A DNA stretch of 64,000 bases from Epiperipatus broadwayi (lineage: Eukaryota > Animalia > Onychophora), in assembly GCA_028023455.1 (NCBI GenBank), contig JAQFVV010000009.1, positions 15,252,001-15,316,000 of the forward strand, given 5' to 3'. The stretch's first letter is position 1. Each line of letters opens with the position of its first letter. Made by a program: the position numbers and the translations under genes. Below, piece by piece: positions 27,617 to 42,704 of this stretch. Under the pieces are notes generated by a model. It had not been told where the DNA came from. It was given only the letters and a program-made list of their open reading frames with translations, and did no database searches.

Positions 27617-30600
27617 AGAACAATAAATAATTGAAGCATCTTTATTACCACCCTATTTATTAAATTACTAATATTACCATTACTGATATTACAACTTTAA
27701 AAAACTACTTAAATAAATAATTCCTCAGACAAAATGCCTTATTTAGATATGAGAGAGATCATGTTTAGGTCACTTTCAACATTTGATGTATGAATCTCTA
27801 AATAGAAAAGCTCAAGGATATAATCATTTTCTCTTATAATACTAAATCCAGTTCCAAGCAATTCATTATTGATTATATTACTCATACAAGATCCCAAGTA
27901 TGGGTTCTGATCTATTAAATCTCATTATGTTTTCTCAATGCAAAATCTTAATATGTTTGCCAAATTTGCATATTAAAAAAAATTGAAGTAAGTACAGCAT
28001 TGTGGACAACTAATAGGTGAAAAGGTGATTTCATAAAAGTACAGGATTATGGACAATTAATGGGTGAAAAGATAGTTTCACAAAAGATGATCATATTCTA
28101 AACCAACTTAAAATGATGAGCTACAAAAAGGCAATATATATATATATATATATACCAGAATGAAGGCAGAAAAGACTGCTTACATTAGAAATAGTATTCA
28201 TTCACTGACAAAACAACACCAATAGACAAGGCAACTGACATTTTATTTGCATTGGAAACAAGATCTAGCAAGTATAATATCCTAACAGGTATCATAAGAA
28301 AATCTTAAATGAACAATACTTATTAATTATTCACATATATAAAGATCATATTTACTATCCATCAACGGTAATCTCATGATAGACTATGTTCAAATATCAT
28401 TAATATGAAAATTTTTAAAAAAATAATATATTGGGTTACGCATTGATTTTCTGCATTTACTTTCAACATGAAATATATATTTGTATGTATACGTACATAC
28501 ACATATTATCATGCAAAACTTTAAAATAAAATTTCATTTATCCCTTAATATAAATTAATATTTCATAGCTGATTAACAGCTTCCTTTACTTTAATTCTAT
28601 TTTGCAACTAGAAATCTTAATTGACAATAATCATATACATGTGCTAATCTATCTTTATTATTATCATCTTTTCTAATCTGATCATTTTTTAATTAAAAAC
28701 AGTTTAGATTCTTCTCTATTAGATTTTTAAAAATAGATTTCTACTTCAAGTTGTCCATCAAAGACCAACTTTTTAATAACTTTATTATATAGAAAACTAG
28801 TCACTAAATTAATCTTACCTATTCATTAACTTGCTACAGACTACTAATCAAAAACATTTAATGATCATTTTCAGGTGTCTTCTATAATATACCAGCATGA
28901 TATCAATTTCAACTGGCAGCTGATGAGGATGTAATTAAAGGTTTTCTTGATGGCAAAGTCTCTTATGATTTTACTCATCTTGGAAAACAATTTTTATATT
29001 CTTGTTTTCATATACCAAAAAAAAAAGTTTTTTACATATGTATACGTAAGCAGAAGGTGGGATCTCCACAGAGAAATTATAGTAAAAACGTAAGCAACTG
29101 AAAATATTCCCAAAGAAAGAATCAATTTACAGTTAATAGACAAAAAAAAAAAATTGGAGTTATTATAATAAGTATAAAATAAAGTTGATTTATTATAACT
29201 TTTAAGCTTTTAATCAATTTCTTTCATACATTTTTATTATCTACGGGAAAGTATTTTTTCAAACCGAGTCATTAATTAATTAATTAATTAGTGTTTTTTT
29301 CTTTGTAATAACTTTGATTCACACACACACAAAAAATGCATACTAAAAATCAAAAGTAGCGAGAAAAAAGAAATTAAATTCAGTTTACTAGAAAAGAGAA
29401 GATATTATAGAATGAAAAATGAACAGGATAAAAAGTTTCCATATATGAATTACTGAACAGAAAGAGAGAAAAAAAATTGAAAGTATTACATGTGAAGATA
29501 TGAAGAATATAAGAAAGGGTAGCGGGCGAAAATTAATAAGAATTAGAGAATCAATTTTTAAAAAAGAATAGGAATTATAATAATATGTATAAATTAAAAA
29601 TCAATAGAAAAAAGAAAAATTGCTTAAATAAAACTATCCTACTTCGAACAGAATCTAATAAATGAGAAATTGAATAATAATGAAATGTGGATTTTAAGAT
29701 TAATGTAAACTAAGAAGCTATAATAAAAGCAAAAATAAATAATTGAAACTAAATTTATGTGAATCAATTTTAGCAATAAAAGAGGCATAAGATATGATTA
29801 TGGCAAGAAAGACTGCTGAAAAAATAACATTCAATAAAGATAGTTCAGTTAATATTTAACTTTCATATTTATCTTATAAATTTAACTTCTCTGATAGTAT
29901 GAACACTAAAAGTCTTAATCAAATAATAGATGCTACATGTTTTAATGGAAACAAAAGGTCACTTTCAATCTGAATTCAAAAAGTTTACAAAAGTCCTTAT
30001 TAAAGCATCAAATTATTATAATTAAACCTGAATTTTGTTATAGTATCAATGTCTACTGTACAAAATTTTCTCAAAGCTCTCTCCAATTTAAAAAGGTATA
30101 TAATGGTTTCAATGTAACCTATATAAAAATTTTGTAAGCTGTAATTCCTTTATTTAAAAAGTTTATATATTAGATATTGCCTTTACTAACCAGTGATTAC
30201 AAATAGAATTAGCTATTAATTAAAAGTATATTTTAATTCCTCACAAAGTCTTAAAACTCCTCGCAGTGAAATTTCTTTATGATAAGTCCAACATTCTCAT
30301 TATCAAATGTAGGGACAGTTTTTCCAACACATAGAGTCAGCATAAAAATTCTTTCTCAGAAACCTATAGATCCTGCTTAAAATATTGGCTGGTCTTACTT
30401 AAAAGCAAAGTAGAGTGAAATAGCCTATTTAAGGTTATGTATATAAATGGATATATGGTGATTGTAAGTGACATTTAAACTGGATTTAAAAGTGATTATA
30501 ATAGAATAAACCACATCTAAATATTAAAAAAAGTTATAGAAAAGACCAATGAAAATAAATTATTTTATATTTGATTTGATTATTAGTCATTTGACGCTAT

Positions 30601-31569
30601 AAATATTTCTAAAATGATTGCTAATACTTTGAAACAACATAACATAGATACAAAATGTCAAATTTTAAAAAATAATAGAAGTTATTTTGTGATAAGATGC
30701 CCAGGATGGATTATCTCTTTAAAGTTTTACATCAATTGTATGAAAAATACTTTGTAAGATAAAATAGGAAAAAAAAGAAGTAAATATAAATGAAGATAAA
30801 ATAAGTAAGCTTTCAAAGCTACAAAAACTTTACAAAAACTATTCACTTGGAGCAATAATATAAGACAAAAAATAAAGATTAAAAGATTAAAGAATGTTCA
30901 AATGCTTTTACAAAGAGAAAAAAATGTTAATTATAATGAATTAGAAGTACTTTGACCAATTTATTAATGCCAATAAAATGATAATGAATAAAAGGAGTGT
31001 TGTCAATAAAAATAACTTGACATTAGAGTAAAATATTTTTGAAAATGAAAGTTTTAATATATTTTTAAAAACTGCTTATTTATAGATACTTAACAGAAAA
31101 GTAAAACAAAGACTACATGCTACATGGTAAAATATGGTGAAATGTATATGAGAATTAAAAAAAAAATTAAAGCAAAATATATGAATGAAAGACAAAGCCA
31201 GCATTATCAATAACAAGACAAAAAAATAAAATATAATTAAATTAATATGGCACTAAAAGAAATGCTACTAGATGGACAATTACAATCATAAACTGAATGC
31301 AGAAAAAAATATTAAAAAATTTTCAAAAAGATAGAATATAAAATGAGAATAAAATAAGAATTTTTATCAATGTATTGTGAAAAATTGTTGATCTAACTTA
31401 ATAGAAAGAACTTGAAAAAAAAATTACATATAGATAGAAACATTAATCAGAGCTGGTAATGTTCATAAGTAACACATAACTATACTATTTCTTACATTTT
31501 GTAATAGGTAATAAATTTAATTTGATGTAATTCATCACGTAGGCTGTCATTTATTGTTGATCTTTTATT

Positions 31570-33880
31570 TAGCTAACTACAACTATAGACTAGTTTCTAG
31601 TGAAGAAAGACTGCATGAATTGGGAAAAAAACTGTCTAATATTAAGTGAGACTTTACAAGATTAGAATAACAAGTAAAGAGACAATTAATTTGAAAAATG
31701 GATATGTAATTTACTATAAAGATACAATTATTGGAAATGAAAAAAGTGATATAAAATTTATTATAGATAAAACATGAAAGAAGAATCTTATTAAGGTAGT
31801 CAGTATGATAGACAGTATCAAGATTAATTATTCCATATAATACAAGATACCAAATGGAGATAACACAAGTTTATATTCATTAAGTTGTGTTGAAAAAGTA
31901 GATTTTTTTTTTATAACTATAATGTTTTTGACCAAATCAAACATTTCAAAATTGTCATGGAAGTCAAAAATGTACTGTGATTGCCCTTTTAAAAAAATGC
32001 AAACAGAAAGGAACACAAAAGTATTCAAATAAAGTAGACTACAGAAAATATGTATTTCAAGACAGCAATTTGTTTAGAAGTAATCATTATTTAATAAGAT
32101 ATAAAGCTTAGAGACAAAAGATATTAAAAAAGATAGTATTAATAGATGAAAAATATTCCAATGAATTTACACTTAAACATTGATCATTTAAAAATATGAG
32201 TAGACTTCAAAAATTGCTTAAACTAAGCCCAACAACCCCCTCCCCTGACTGATATCTATAATTTTCTAAAACTGCTTCACAGATAGCTGATACAACAAAG
32301 GAGCAATTCATCAAAAAAAAAAAATTAAAATAAGACAAGACAATATGCAATATATATATATTTAAAAATGACTTATTTAGGAAAAATGAATATCTGGAAT
32401 TCTATAAAATGGCTACAGAACAATTAATAATGATATAAGATGATATAAATGTAAAATAGAAAGAAAAGTTATCGAAAAGAATATAAATTTCAAAAATATA
32501 AAACAATCTGATTTAAAAAAAAATTATTTCAGCAATAAGAAGAGATGACATTATTACTAAGATGAGAGACAATATCATAAAGTGTGTGGAAAAATTCTAC
32601 AAAAAATATATAATAAAAAAAAAAAAACTAAGATCTTAGAATTCCAATTACTTTAAATGAAAAAGTTAAAGCATTCAATTAAATCTATGATGAATGAAAA
32701 ATCTCCAGGAAATGAAATTATGGTAGATATTTTAAAAGTTGGTGAAAAATAGAGAAATTGTTTTGCAAAGCTTTATACCAAATGTTAAAATAATAAAAAG
32801 ATACTAGACAATTAGAAATAATCCTTTATCAGTTCCACATATATATCTTAAATAAAATCATAATAACTCATTCATAGAGAACTTTGGATTTTAAATCAAT
32901 TTTTTTAAAAAAATGCTAGATTTTATTCTAGTTCAGTAGATTACATACAAATGTTAGGTTATAAAAAGGAATAATGAATATGAGCTTCCATTATGTAGTG
33001 GATTTGTATATTATGAAAATAACATTTAGTTCTATAAACATTTAAATAGTCATTAAAGCTTTGGGACATCAAGAGATCTGAGACATCATTAAATTCTAAA
33101 AAAAATTACCAAAATATAACAGCATTGATTCTGCAGCCTTAATAAATATTACTTACATAATCAATGTGCATTTAAATAAATTTATAATTACATATAACAC
33201 TAGAAATAATAATATAACACTGATATGGATTTGTGATAGAGCGATTCCATCTCTACAAAAATTTTAAGACCAATTTTATAGATAACCTTTTGTGGATTAA
33301 AATGGGAAATTATAAGCATAAAAATAAAACAAAATTAAATCATCTATCTAGATTTTGAAAATGATGTGATTATTTTCACAAATAATATTTCAGATCTCCA
33401 GGAAATGTTATTAGATGAAAGCAAGAAAATAGAACTAATGTCTAAAATAATGTTTAATGACTTTTCAAAAAAGAAAACCAATAAAGACTAAATTAATAAA
33501 TTACAATAACTTATCAACATTAGTAGATTATTAATGCAGAATGGAATTGATCATGGACATAAATTTGAATGGAACAGTTTTCACAGAAAAAATAAAAATA
33601 AAAGAAAATATGTCTATGTATATGAAAAAAAAAGATTACTAATACCAATATTTTTACTTATGAATATGAGAATTTGATAGTGATACTGAAATTTTAGACC
33701 ATATAGCAAAGTATGGAATAAAATATGTTTGTAATAACAAGAGATTAAAAATAAAATACATGTGAGAGAAAAGAAATAGTTATCACATATATCAAGAATC
33801 TAAGGCCATATTTTAAACAGCTAGATAAAAAAAAATATTGGAACAATGTGGGAAAGGGTAGCTAGCCACCTTTCAGAAAA
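31570..33880 (+). mobile_element. Ancient RTE LINE relic (endonuclease to RT)
   Basis: The start aligns with the young RTE endonuclease at ~63290. K.PG.(D/E)I..DILK-like motif near 32700 and (F)ADD-like region near 33350. Many stops and frameshifts. Confidence 0.65.
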
Positions 33881-35586
33881 AATTGAAATATCTTCATCTA
33901 ATTCTACAGTAATAATAGTTAATAAGTATAAAAATCCTGATTATTAGTTAATATTTGTATTAATAAGAGAATACTATGGCTGAACAATAGCATATGAATT
34001 CATTATAGGTAGCAGGCCCTATTTTCTATATCCCATTAGCATAATATAGCATTAAACATCTAAGTTTTAATGATTCCATTACCATCAGTTAATACGTTGA
34101 CTGTTCAAATTAGATGTTTGATGGGGATTCATTATTTTATATACATAAATTGATATTAAATATGAATATAAATCTATTTATAAAAAAATAATATTGATGT
34201 ATAAAAAACTGTATATATATGTTCCTGTTCAGAGAATAGTAGAATTGTATTTAATTATAAAAGCTAAAATGTTTTGTAAAGATACTTGCATTGAAAACAT
34301 TCAAGAAATCCATCCATCATGATTCTCATTCTCTTTTGTTACCTATATGTTTTTCAAATATTATATAGTATTAGAAAAAAGAAAAAAAAATTATTTATGG
34401 ATTACTTCTTGTCAAATGTCATCACTAAACTTTTAATCGGGTGTCTCAATTAAAAATTCCCTGAAAGAAGATATAATACAGTGTTATATTCTAAATTCTA
34501 GATATTCTAATTAGATCTATCAATATTTATTTTTTACTAATGCTATTATCTTAAATATAATGAAGAACAGCCTAAGTTTATTACTATTAAATAGATGGAG
34601 TTAATTATTTTTTATCAACTTAATGAAAAGGGGAAAAAATGAAGAGAGAATAAGTACTAAAAAACGAAAAAGGTCTCAATGAAAATCAATTTTGTTCCTT
34701 TTAGGATTAATTAAATTCAGACCAAGGTTGAAAATGTAATACAAACTTGCAATATTTTGTCAATTAACTTTTGTTCATTAAAATGTATGAATAAACAATT
34801 CTAAACGAATGAAATGAAAAAAAATCTCTTAATTTCTTTTTTCTTTAAAAAAATTTAATTAAACTAGAGGGATTAAATCAATAAAAAAAAATTTTTTTTT
34901 AAATTTGTTTTGAAATAACATGCAAAAATCTTAATTTCGATTGAGATTAATGTGATATTTATAATGATATACTGCAATAATATTATGTGTTTAAGATAAT
35001 AAACTTATAATTTCTAATTCGTTTCTTCAATGAAGAAATTACTCATTAAAACAAAGTCTTAATGATGTAAAGAACTCATTAAAGCTTATGATGTTCCAAA
35101 TATTGAGATGCTAGAATAAATGTGCTAAAAGTGACAAGTGGCAAAAACACTACACATAATCTATTTGTCATAATGCCAAGATTGCTTAGTTACTTTAATC
35201 TAACTCCAAAGAGTTAATCAACATAAAAAAAAATACAGCAAAATTTGAATAAGAATACAATGACTACCTTTTCTAGTGTTACATACTATATCTATATTTT
35301 TTCATGTCTATACAATATGACATATCTGATCAATGCAGAATACCCTGGAATCTTTATTTATTCTCCAAGCACTTTTTTAAAAAAATGATTTATAAATCTA
35401 AAAGTCAGATAAAATTATGAACCTTACAAAGGCATAATATATATTATAGGTTGTCTAAAAAATAAATATTCACAGCCTAAATAAGTGGCAGATCTTATGA
35501 TTTAGCATGTAATGCATTAGTCTAATAATCGGCTGAAGAATTCTCAAGGAAGGTCAGGTAACTGATTCATAGTAAATTACCTGGGC

Positions 35587-38237
35587 CAGGCATGGCCAAC
35601 AGTTTTTACCCATGGGCCAGATTAGAAAGAAAACTTTTTTCACAGGCCAGACAAAATATTAAAATTAAAAAATGTTAAATATAAAACCAATTCATTTAAG
35701 TAAACAAAATTTTATTATGTAATTTGTTTATGAATAAATGTAAGTAATTTAGTACAACAAATTAACAAAAAAACGAATGTGATGTATTGAGGTGCTTTGC
35801 ATCGCCTATTATTTTTTTAATATCTGGCTCTATACTTGTAGTAGCTATTCTTAAACAGCCTCTAAATGTAAATCATTCAATCTTGATCTTGTTGTAGTTT
35901 TATTTAGATTCATTAAAAAAAAAGTTTGTTTACAAATATAAGTTGAACTGAAGATTACTAAATATTCCTTGGTAAGTTTTTTTAAATTTCCATATTGTCC
36001 ATCATTCGATTGCTTATAAAAATTGCACAAATTTTTTTGCTCTTCTTGAAATTTCTCATGTAATAATTCATTACATTGTAAATTAATTATTTGTAATTGT
36101 ATATCAAAAGGAACGTCATCTACAAGAACAGAAAATGGATTTCGGATAATAGATAAAATTTTATCAATTTTCTTGAAGCAATTGAATCACTGCTCAAAAT
36201 CTGTCATTAGTCCAAATTTTTAAACCTTTTCTCTTGAAATATTTAATGATATAGTCTCTAACGTTGGAAAATGATCAAATTGGCATTCATCCAGATTTCT
36301 AGAAAAAAGACTAAGTTTCATTTGAAAAGATTTTAACCTTTGTATTAAATCATGAGCATATAAATTTTTTCCCTGTAAACATACATTAAATTCATTGAAA
36401 TACGTGAGAATATCCAAAGAAAATGCTAAATCACAAATTCAATTTGGTTCTGATAATTCAGGAAAATCCTCATTTTCTTTAAGTGTTAAATATATTTTTA
36501 TTTCCTCTTGAAGATCCCACACATGTCTTAAAACTTTTCCCAAGCTTAACAAACAGATTTTATTGTGATATAATACATCTACATAACTGCTATTTAGTTC
36601 TTCAAGGAGTCCAATAAATTTCCCATGTTTTAATCCTTTTGATCGAAGGAAATTCACTAATTTCACAACTACGTTTGTAACATGATCGATTTTTTAAAAT
36701 ATTTTTGCATAATGCGTGTTGATGAATAATGCAGTGTATGGGTATTTTATGATTTGGATCAATTTCAGAAATTTTGTCTTCAATTTGTCTTATGAGACCA
36801 GTATTTTTTCCAATCATATTTGGTGATCAATCTGTTGTTATATTCACCATTTTTTTCCAGTCAATATTGTATTAAAAAAAAACATTTTTCAACCTCTCAG
36901 AAAAGATCTTCTCTCTTTGTTGTGTCTTTCATAGGAACAATTGACAAAAGTTCTTCCAAAATTTGAAAATCTTCAATAATAGCTCTGATAAAAATTAATA
37001 ACTGAGCAGTATCCTTTACATCACAACTTTCATCAAGAGCTATTGCATAAAAATGGGCCAATTCTAAATTATTCAGTATCTGATCATTTAAATTAGCATT
37101 CATATCTTCTATGCTTAGGGCAATAGTTTGCCTGAGACAGGCTTATATTTTCAATTTTATGTTCAGTTTCTGGACACATTACATCACAAACATCCAACAA
37201 GCACTTTTTTACAAATTCTCATTCGGCAAAAGGTTTTTCACATTGAGCAATCCATTTTGTTACTAAAAAACTTGCTTTAGTAACAGATTCTTGTAATTGA
37301 TTTTGCTGTGTAAATACATTTTGCTGCCGGGTCAATTTTACTATGAGATCTGTGGCTTGTTTTTTTTTTTTTTTGGCTTTCTTCATTTAAATTTTGTGTG
37401 ACTTGCATGTTTCATTTCAAAATGTCTTCTCGAGTTGTATTCTTTTAAACAGATACACTCAAATTGCAAAAAAGACAAACCGCCTTATTATTGTATATAG
37501 TAAAAAAATATTCCCACTCCCATTTATCATTAAATATATGGCATTTTCTGGAAGTCATCCCTAGATTGAAAAATGTTTTTAATACACAATAATATTTTAA
37601 TAAAAATATAATTACATACCGTATAAATATCCAAACTGTATTGCAAACAATTGAAACAATATTTAATGAATACAATGAGCTTGAAGGGGTTATATTTTGT
37701 TTTATGAACAGCCTGGACACCTTTTCAGTTATTAACTGCAGCTACTGTCTACGCTACAATGCCACTTAATTCAACACACTTGACCACAAAAATAATGAAT
37801 TGCTTGACCTTGGGTGCACATTGGCAAACTTCGCCTACAAGAATGTGGGTTTCACATCGCTGCTAAATGTCAAACAGTTCATATCAAGTACAAAAGTTGT
37901 AAATCTTTATAACGGAATTTTTTTAAAAAATAAAGTAGTATCGTGATTCCATTTGACCAATTACTGGAAGTTAACCCTAGATTAGTCACATGCAGAATTC
38001 TTTTCCTCATATCACTATCTTCTTAAATATCTCGATTTAGAAATAATCAAAGATGCTTCCACTTCTGAGTAGCTGAGATTTTAACTTTCATTGTTGTACA
38101 ATGGTTAAATATTGTAGTTTATGTATAATGATTTAAAAGTACCACTTAGTTCATTTCCACAGTGCATCATGCAGAGAATATTAAAATATTTAATTGCAGG
38201 CTGCATAAACACATTATGCAGGCTGGATCCATGCCTG
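35587..38237 (-). mobile_element. Second Buster/SPIN-like hAT copy with a different 5' region
   Basis: Termini caggcatggccaac (35587) and ...ccatgcctg (38237). TSD acctgggc / acctagcc. The transposase and 3' end are highly similar to 5264-7251. Confidence 0.93.
35774..37558 (-). pseudogene. Frameshifted hAT transposase, paralog of 5264-7078
   Basis: ORF fragments 37445-, 36897-, 36602-, 36439- and 36220- each match consecutive parts of the copy-1 protein. Confidence 0.93.
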
Positions 38238-39134
38238 ACCTAGCCATCCAATAGTGGTAGATATCTTATCATTATTCAATGGATTGAGATCTGAATCTGA
38301 TGATAGCTGTATTATCTTCACTTTGAAGCAAGCCAATAAGATTAAGAAGACAATATAAAATAGAAGATAAACTGCCTTCTATCATTATACCAGGTAGAAT
38401 AGTAAATAATAATAAAAGTAGCCTATGGTATTTAGTCAGTCTTATTAAAGCTATTTGTAAGGATACCAAAAACATACATTAGCATTGCTCATATATTATA
38501 GATCCATGGCAAAATGGTTTCACCAAGTTCCTTTCAGCACTTCTGATCAATATCTTCTCATTCCACATAAGTTCAACAATTCATTTCACATCACTTTCAA
38601 GATTAAAAATCTTCTGCTTCTATATTTTGCACTGAACATTTAATTATCATGCAATCCTCAATAAAGCTATTTTTTTTCAAGTAACAGAAAATTTCAAACA
38701 TATTTTCAATTCAGATAGCTAGTTTTTAACCACCTAATTAATGCTAAATATTAAATAATTATGACCTGAAGAAAAGAGTTTGCCGATAAAGGAAAACCTA
38801 TGATTTTTCTTTGAGATCTTAAAGGAAATATCCAGGCAAATTTCTAATGTTTATTCCATAAAGTCTTATCAGTGCAGTTATTATTATTCATAGCATAAAT
38901 GAATATGGATCAGTTGCTCTCCATACATCAGTTTCATAAATTTATTGACTTTTGACTTCTGAATTTAAGGTCAAAAAGACTATGAACTTTCTTCTCAGTT
39001 GACTTATTGTTCTTAACTGAAACAATAGTTTATTTAAGGTAGGACAAATGTGTGTATGAATGATTTTTATTGGGTATTTACAATACTGATAGACAAAAGT
39101 AAATTATGCTCTTATTCCCAGAAGATTGTAGTCA

Positions 39135-41790
39135 GTTAGTGGCTGAAAACTGAGAGTGTTAGAATCTCATATGTGAACCCAGATTGCCAATTGTTAATGA
39201 TATCAAATCACTTTAAAGTGAAAAAAAATTATACAAATTGGAAAAACTGTTTAACATTTGTTTGTTTAACATTAAACAGGATATAATTAGACTTTATAAA
39301 GTTAAATAAAAAGTAATTAGACAATTTCAAAAGTGTGCATATACTTTACTGGATGCATAAATGGATTGGGATTCATTACAAATAAAAAGTGGAAAAACAA
39401 TATTATAGAGATTAATGATCTATTAAAAAAAATTAATTCATATTAATGGAAGATAAATGCAGATATTTCAGGTTTACATCATAAGTTCTCATTGTTATAA
39501 AATAAAGACTCTTTTATATAGATGTACAAACTGCTTTTAATCATACCTAACACTATTTTAAAATTGTCATGCGAGACTTTATATTAAAACTGGAAAATTA
39601 TTAAATGATGAAAATGTTATGAATAAATTTGGTTATGATAATAAAAATGTGAGAAGATAAGACTTGGGAAATTTTCAGGAAAAAAAAAATTGTATTATTA
39701 TGAATTCTTAAGAGAAAATTACAAAATGAAAAGAATTGAAGATCCAGCAGACTTGTATTATATTTTGAATAACAGAAATAAGTATATTAGTTATTGTAAT
39801 GTTCTTAATAGATTCAAGATGAGGAATGATCATTGATTGGTGAGATGTAAGGCATGTGATAATGCAAAATTAGAGACAAAAATTAAAGATACTATTGACA
39901 GTTGATATTTCTAATTTCCAGATACATTCCAATGAATTTAAATTAGAACTTGCTAATCATTTTCAAGTATTGACAGGCTTTGAAAATAATTCAAATTATG
40001 AAAATGATTCAAACATAACTGAAATCAGTAAGAAGATAAATATTATTTGAAGAATTGCAACAAAGATAAATGGTATGAAAATAGTATTTTGCCGGTAAAG
40101 TTCCATTTGAGACAAAAGAATGTATAAAGAAAAAAAGGAATATGAAAATATTTGAAAATGATTTATTAAAAAGAATTGAAAATCTGGAGTTCTATAAAAT
40201 AGTAGGAAAAAGATTAAGAATATAAGAATATATGAAAACTATAAAAATCTAAAAAATATAAAGCAACTGCTTGGTATTGAAAAAAAATTATTTCAGCAGT
40301 TGAAAGAAAAATGAAACTATTACTAAAAAAAGGGCTGAGACATCATGAAATATATGAAATAGTTCTAGAAAGATACATAATAATAATAAAACACAAAATA
40401 AAAATAACCATTTCTGAATTGCCAAGTATTTTAAGTGAAGAAATAAGACAGATAATTAAATCTATAAAAAAGGAGAGCAGTTCCAAGAAACAATGATATT
40501 ATTGTTGATATCTTAAAAGAAGCAGATGAAAAAAAAAATTTAAAAAATTGTTGAAAAAACTATATATCAAATGTCTAAACAATAATATATTATGTTAATT
40601 AGAATAATGCAGTAATAATGTTGATATTTAAGAGGATGATAAAGATGATATTAAAAATTATAGCCATATCAGTTTTCCATATCAGTTCTATAGAAAATTT
40701 TAACCGAGTTAATTACAACTTGTCTACAATGAATTTTGGATTAAAACCAAACAAAAGAACAAGCTGGATTTATAAGTGGTTAGAAAGGACCAATGAATTT
40801 GAGTTACCATTATGCTCTGGATTTGTAGATTATGAAAGCTCATTCCACAATAATTAAAGATTTACATTATAAAATTATAGGCATGGGCTATTGTCATATT
40901 TTCAAAAATATTTATTAAATGCAACAGCAATAACTAGATTACATTGGGATGGAGATTACCATTGATAAGAGTATATGACAGTGTGATTCCATATCTCCCA
41001 AACTTTTTCACAACAGTTTCATAGATGTATTTTGTGGATTCAAATGAAAACCTAAGGGTTTGAAAAGCTAAGAGAATTAAAATACATGGAGCTTATTTGA
41101 GAATTAACAGATTAGAAAGTAGAATTAAACATTAAAAAGACTAAAATAATATACAATAGATTTTCTCAAAAAAAAAAATTAATAATAATAAAGATTGATA
41201 ATTATGAATTAGAATAGAAATTTCAAATATCTTGATCAAATGATTAATACAAGCAGAAATGTACTAGATAAAATTAATTTATATAATTAAACTTGGATGG
41301 AGTACTTTTGATAGAAATAATTAAATATTAAAAAGAGATATATCCAAGTCTTTAAAAAAGATTTTTAATAGATGTGATTTATCACCACTTATTTGTGGAT
41401 CTGAGATTTGAATTCTTAACAGAAAAATAATTCAGAGACTTCAGACTATTCAAAGAAGCATGGAGAGTTATGTATTGGAAATAATGAAGAGGTTAAAAGG
41501 GAAATATTTGGGTGAAAGAACAAACAGGTATCACTGATGTCATTGAAAGAATTAAAAGACTGAAATGAAGTTGGCCTAAACATATTGCTAGAAGAGATGA
41601 TAATAGATAAATAATTAAAGCCTTAAAGATCCCAAAATATCCTAAAGACTTAGAAAAAGATTAAATATAAGGTGAATAAATGAAATAATGAAGATTTGAT
41701 ATGATGTAAAGAAACTGTGGATTGGAGAAACTAGAATCAATTTAAGATAGATCTTCATTTTGCAATAACAGATAATTGTTGAAAATGATG
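39135..41790 (+). mobile_element. Decayed near-full-length RTE LINE
   Basis: The 5' part is homologous to ~63215-63280. FVDYE..F motif near 40820. The 3' part is homologous to 24252-24622 and ends gttgaaaatgatga. Confidence 0.8.
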
Positions 41791-42419
41791 AAATAACAAT
41801 CTAGCAGATAATGAAAAAAATGTCTAATTATTCTTTCACTTCTATAGAAATAAAGAAGAAAAATTCACTGACCCAAATTATCTGGGACTTGACGTTCAAT
41901 GAAAATATGTTCTTTGCTATTACTCTATAAATGGAGTTATAATAACTCTATACTATTTAAATCTTTTTGCCTTGTTTTACTTTATACAAAAATTATTTTT
42001 CAAATAATTTCTGCATAATAATCTAAATTTCTTCAGATTAATTAATTATACTTGTATAATGTGGAGAAGAAACGCTGTGGATCAGAAAAACTGAGTTAAA
42101 CGTGAAAATAACTTCATAATGCAGTAGACTAATAGTTGAAAATGATGATGATGAAATAACTATTTAACTATTCTTAACCAGAAGTAAACAAAGAAGAAAA
42201 ACATACGAAACATTCTCATCTGGGAATTGATAAGCACAATGAGAAATAGCTTTTTCACTATTCTTCAGTTAATAGCTGAAATACACAGGCTTATATATAC
42301 CTGTGTCTATATATGTAATACATAGGGTATTTGAGCACAAAATTTCACATAACCCACCACTCTCCATATTATCTCATAACAATGATACACTCGAACACAC
42401 ATATGTTGAAAAGATAATC

Positions 42420-42463
42420 ACCAATATACGCATTTCATGCTAAACCAGCAATCATCAGTTGGT
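42420..42463 (-). ncRNA. Minimal type I hammerhead ribozyme, family A
   Basis: Reverse complement reads accaa-CTGATGA-ttgct ggttt agcat-GAAA-t gcgt a-TA-ttggt. Confidence 0.8.
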
Positions 42464-42704
42464 CCAGATTACCATCTCTACATATATATACTATAAGTGT
42501 TCAGATATATATTAAGGTAGCCAAACCTCATACTTTAATGGACAGGCTTCAATATACTCCACACTCCAACTCTTCAATCATCCATTCAACTGAAAATCTG
42601 ATGATGAATGCTCAAAGACCACCCTGAGACCGAGATTCTTGTCACACCCATGTTGACCTAAGGTCAATCTGACCCCTCACATACAGGACATAATCCATTT
42701 AATA

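Noticed and set aside
34049-34115. Hammerhead-like CTGATGG-taatg/catta-AAAC within a short inverted repeat
   Set aside because: A9, G12 and the cleavage triplet are all non-canonical, so it cannot be distinguished from chance.
41710-42270. Diverged repeat of an RTE tail plus flank (~41710-41930 vs ~42065-42270)
   Set aside because: Likely an ordinary old local duplication, and the similarity is too low to define by eye.
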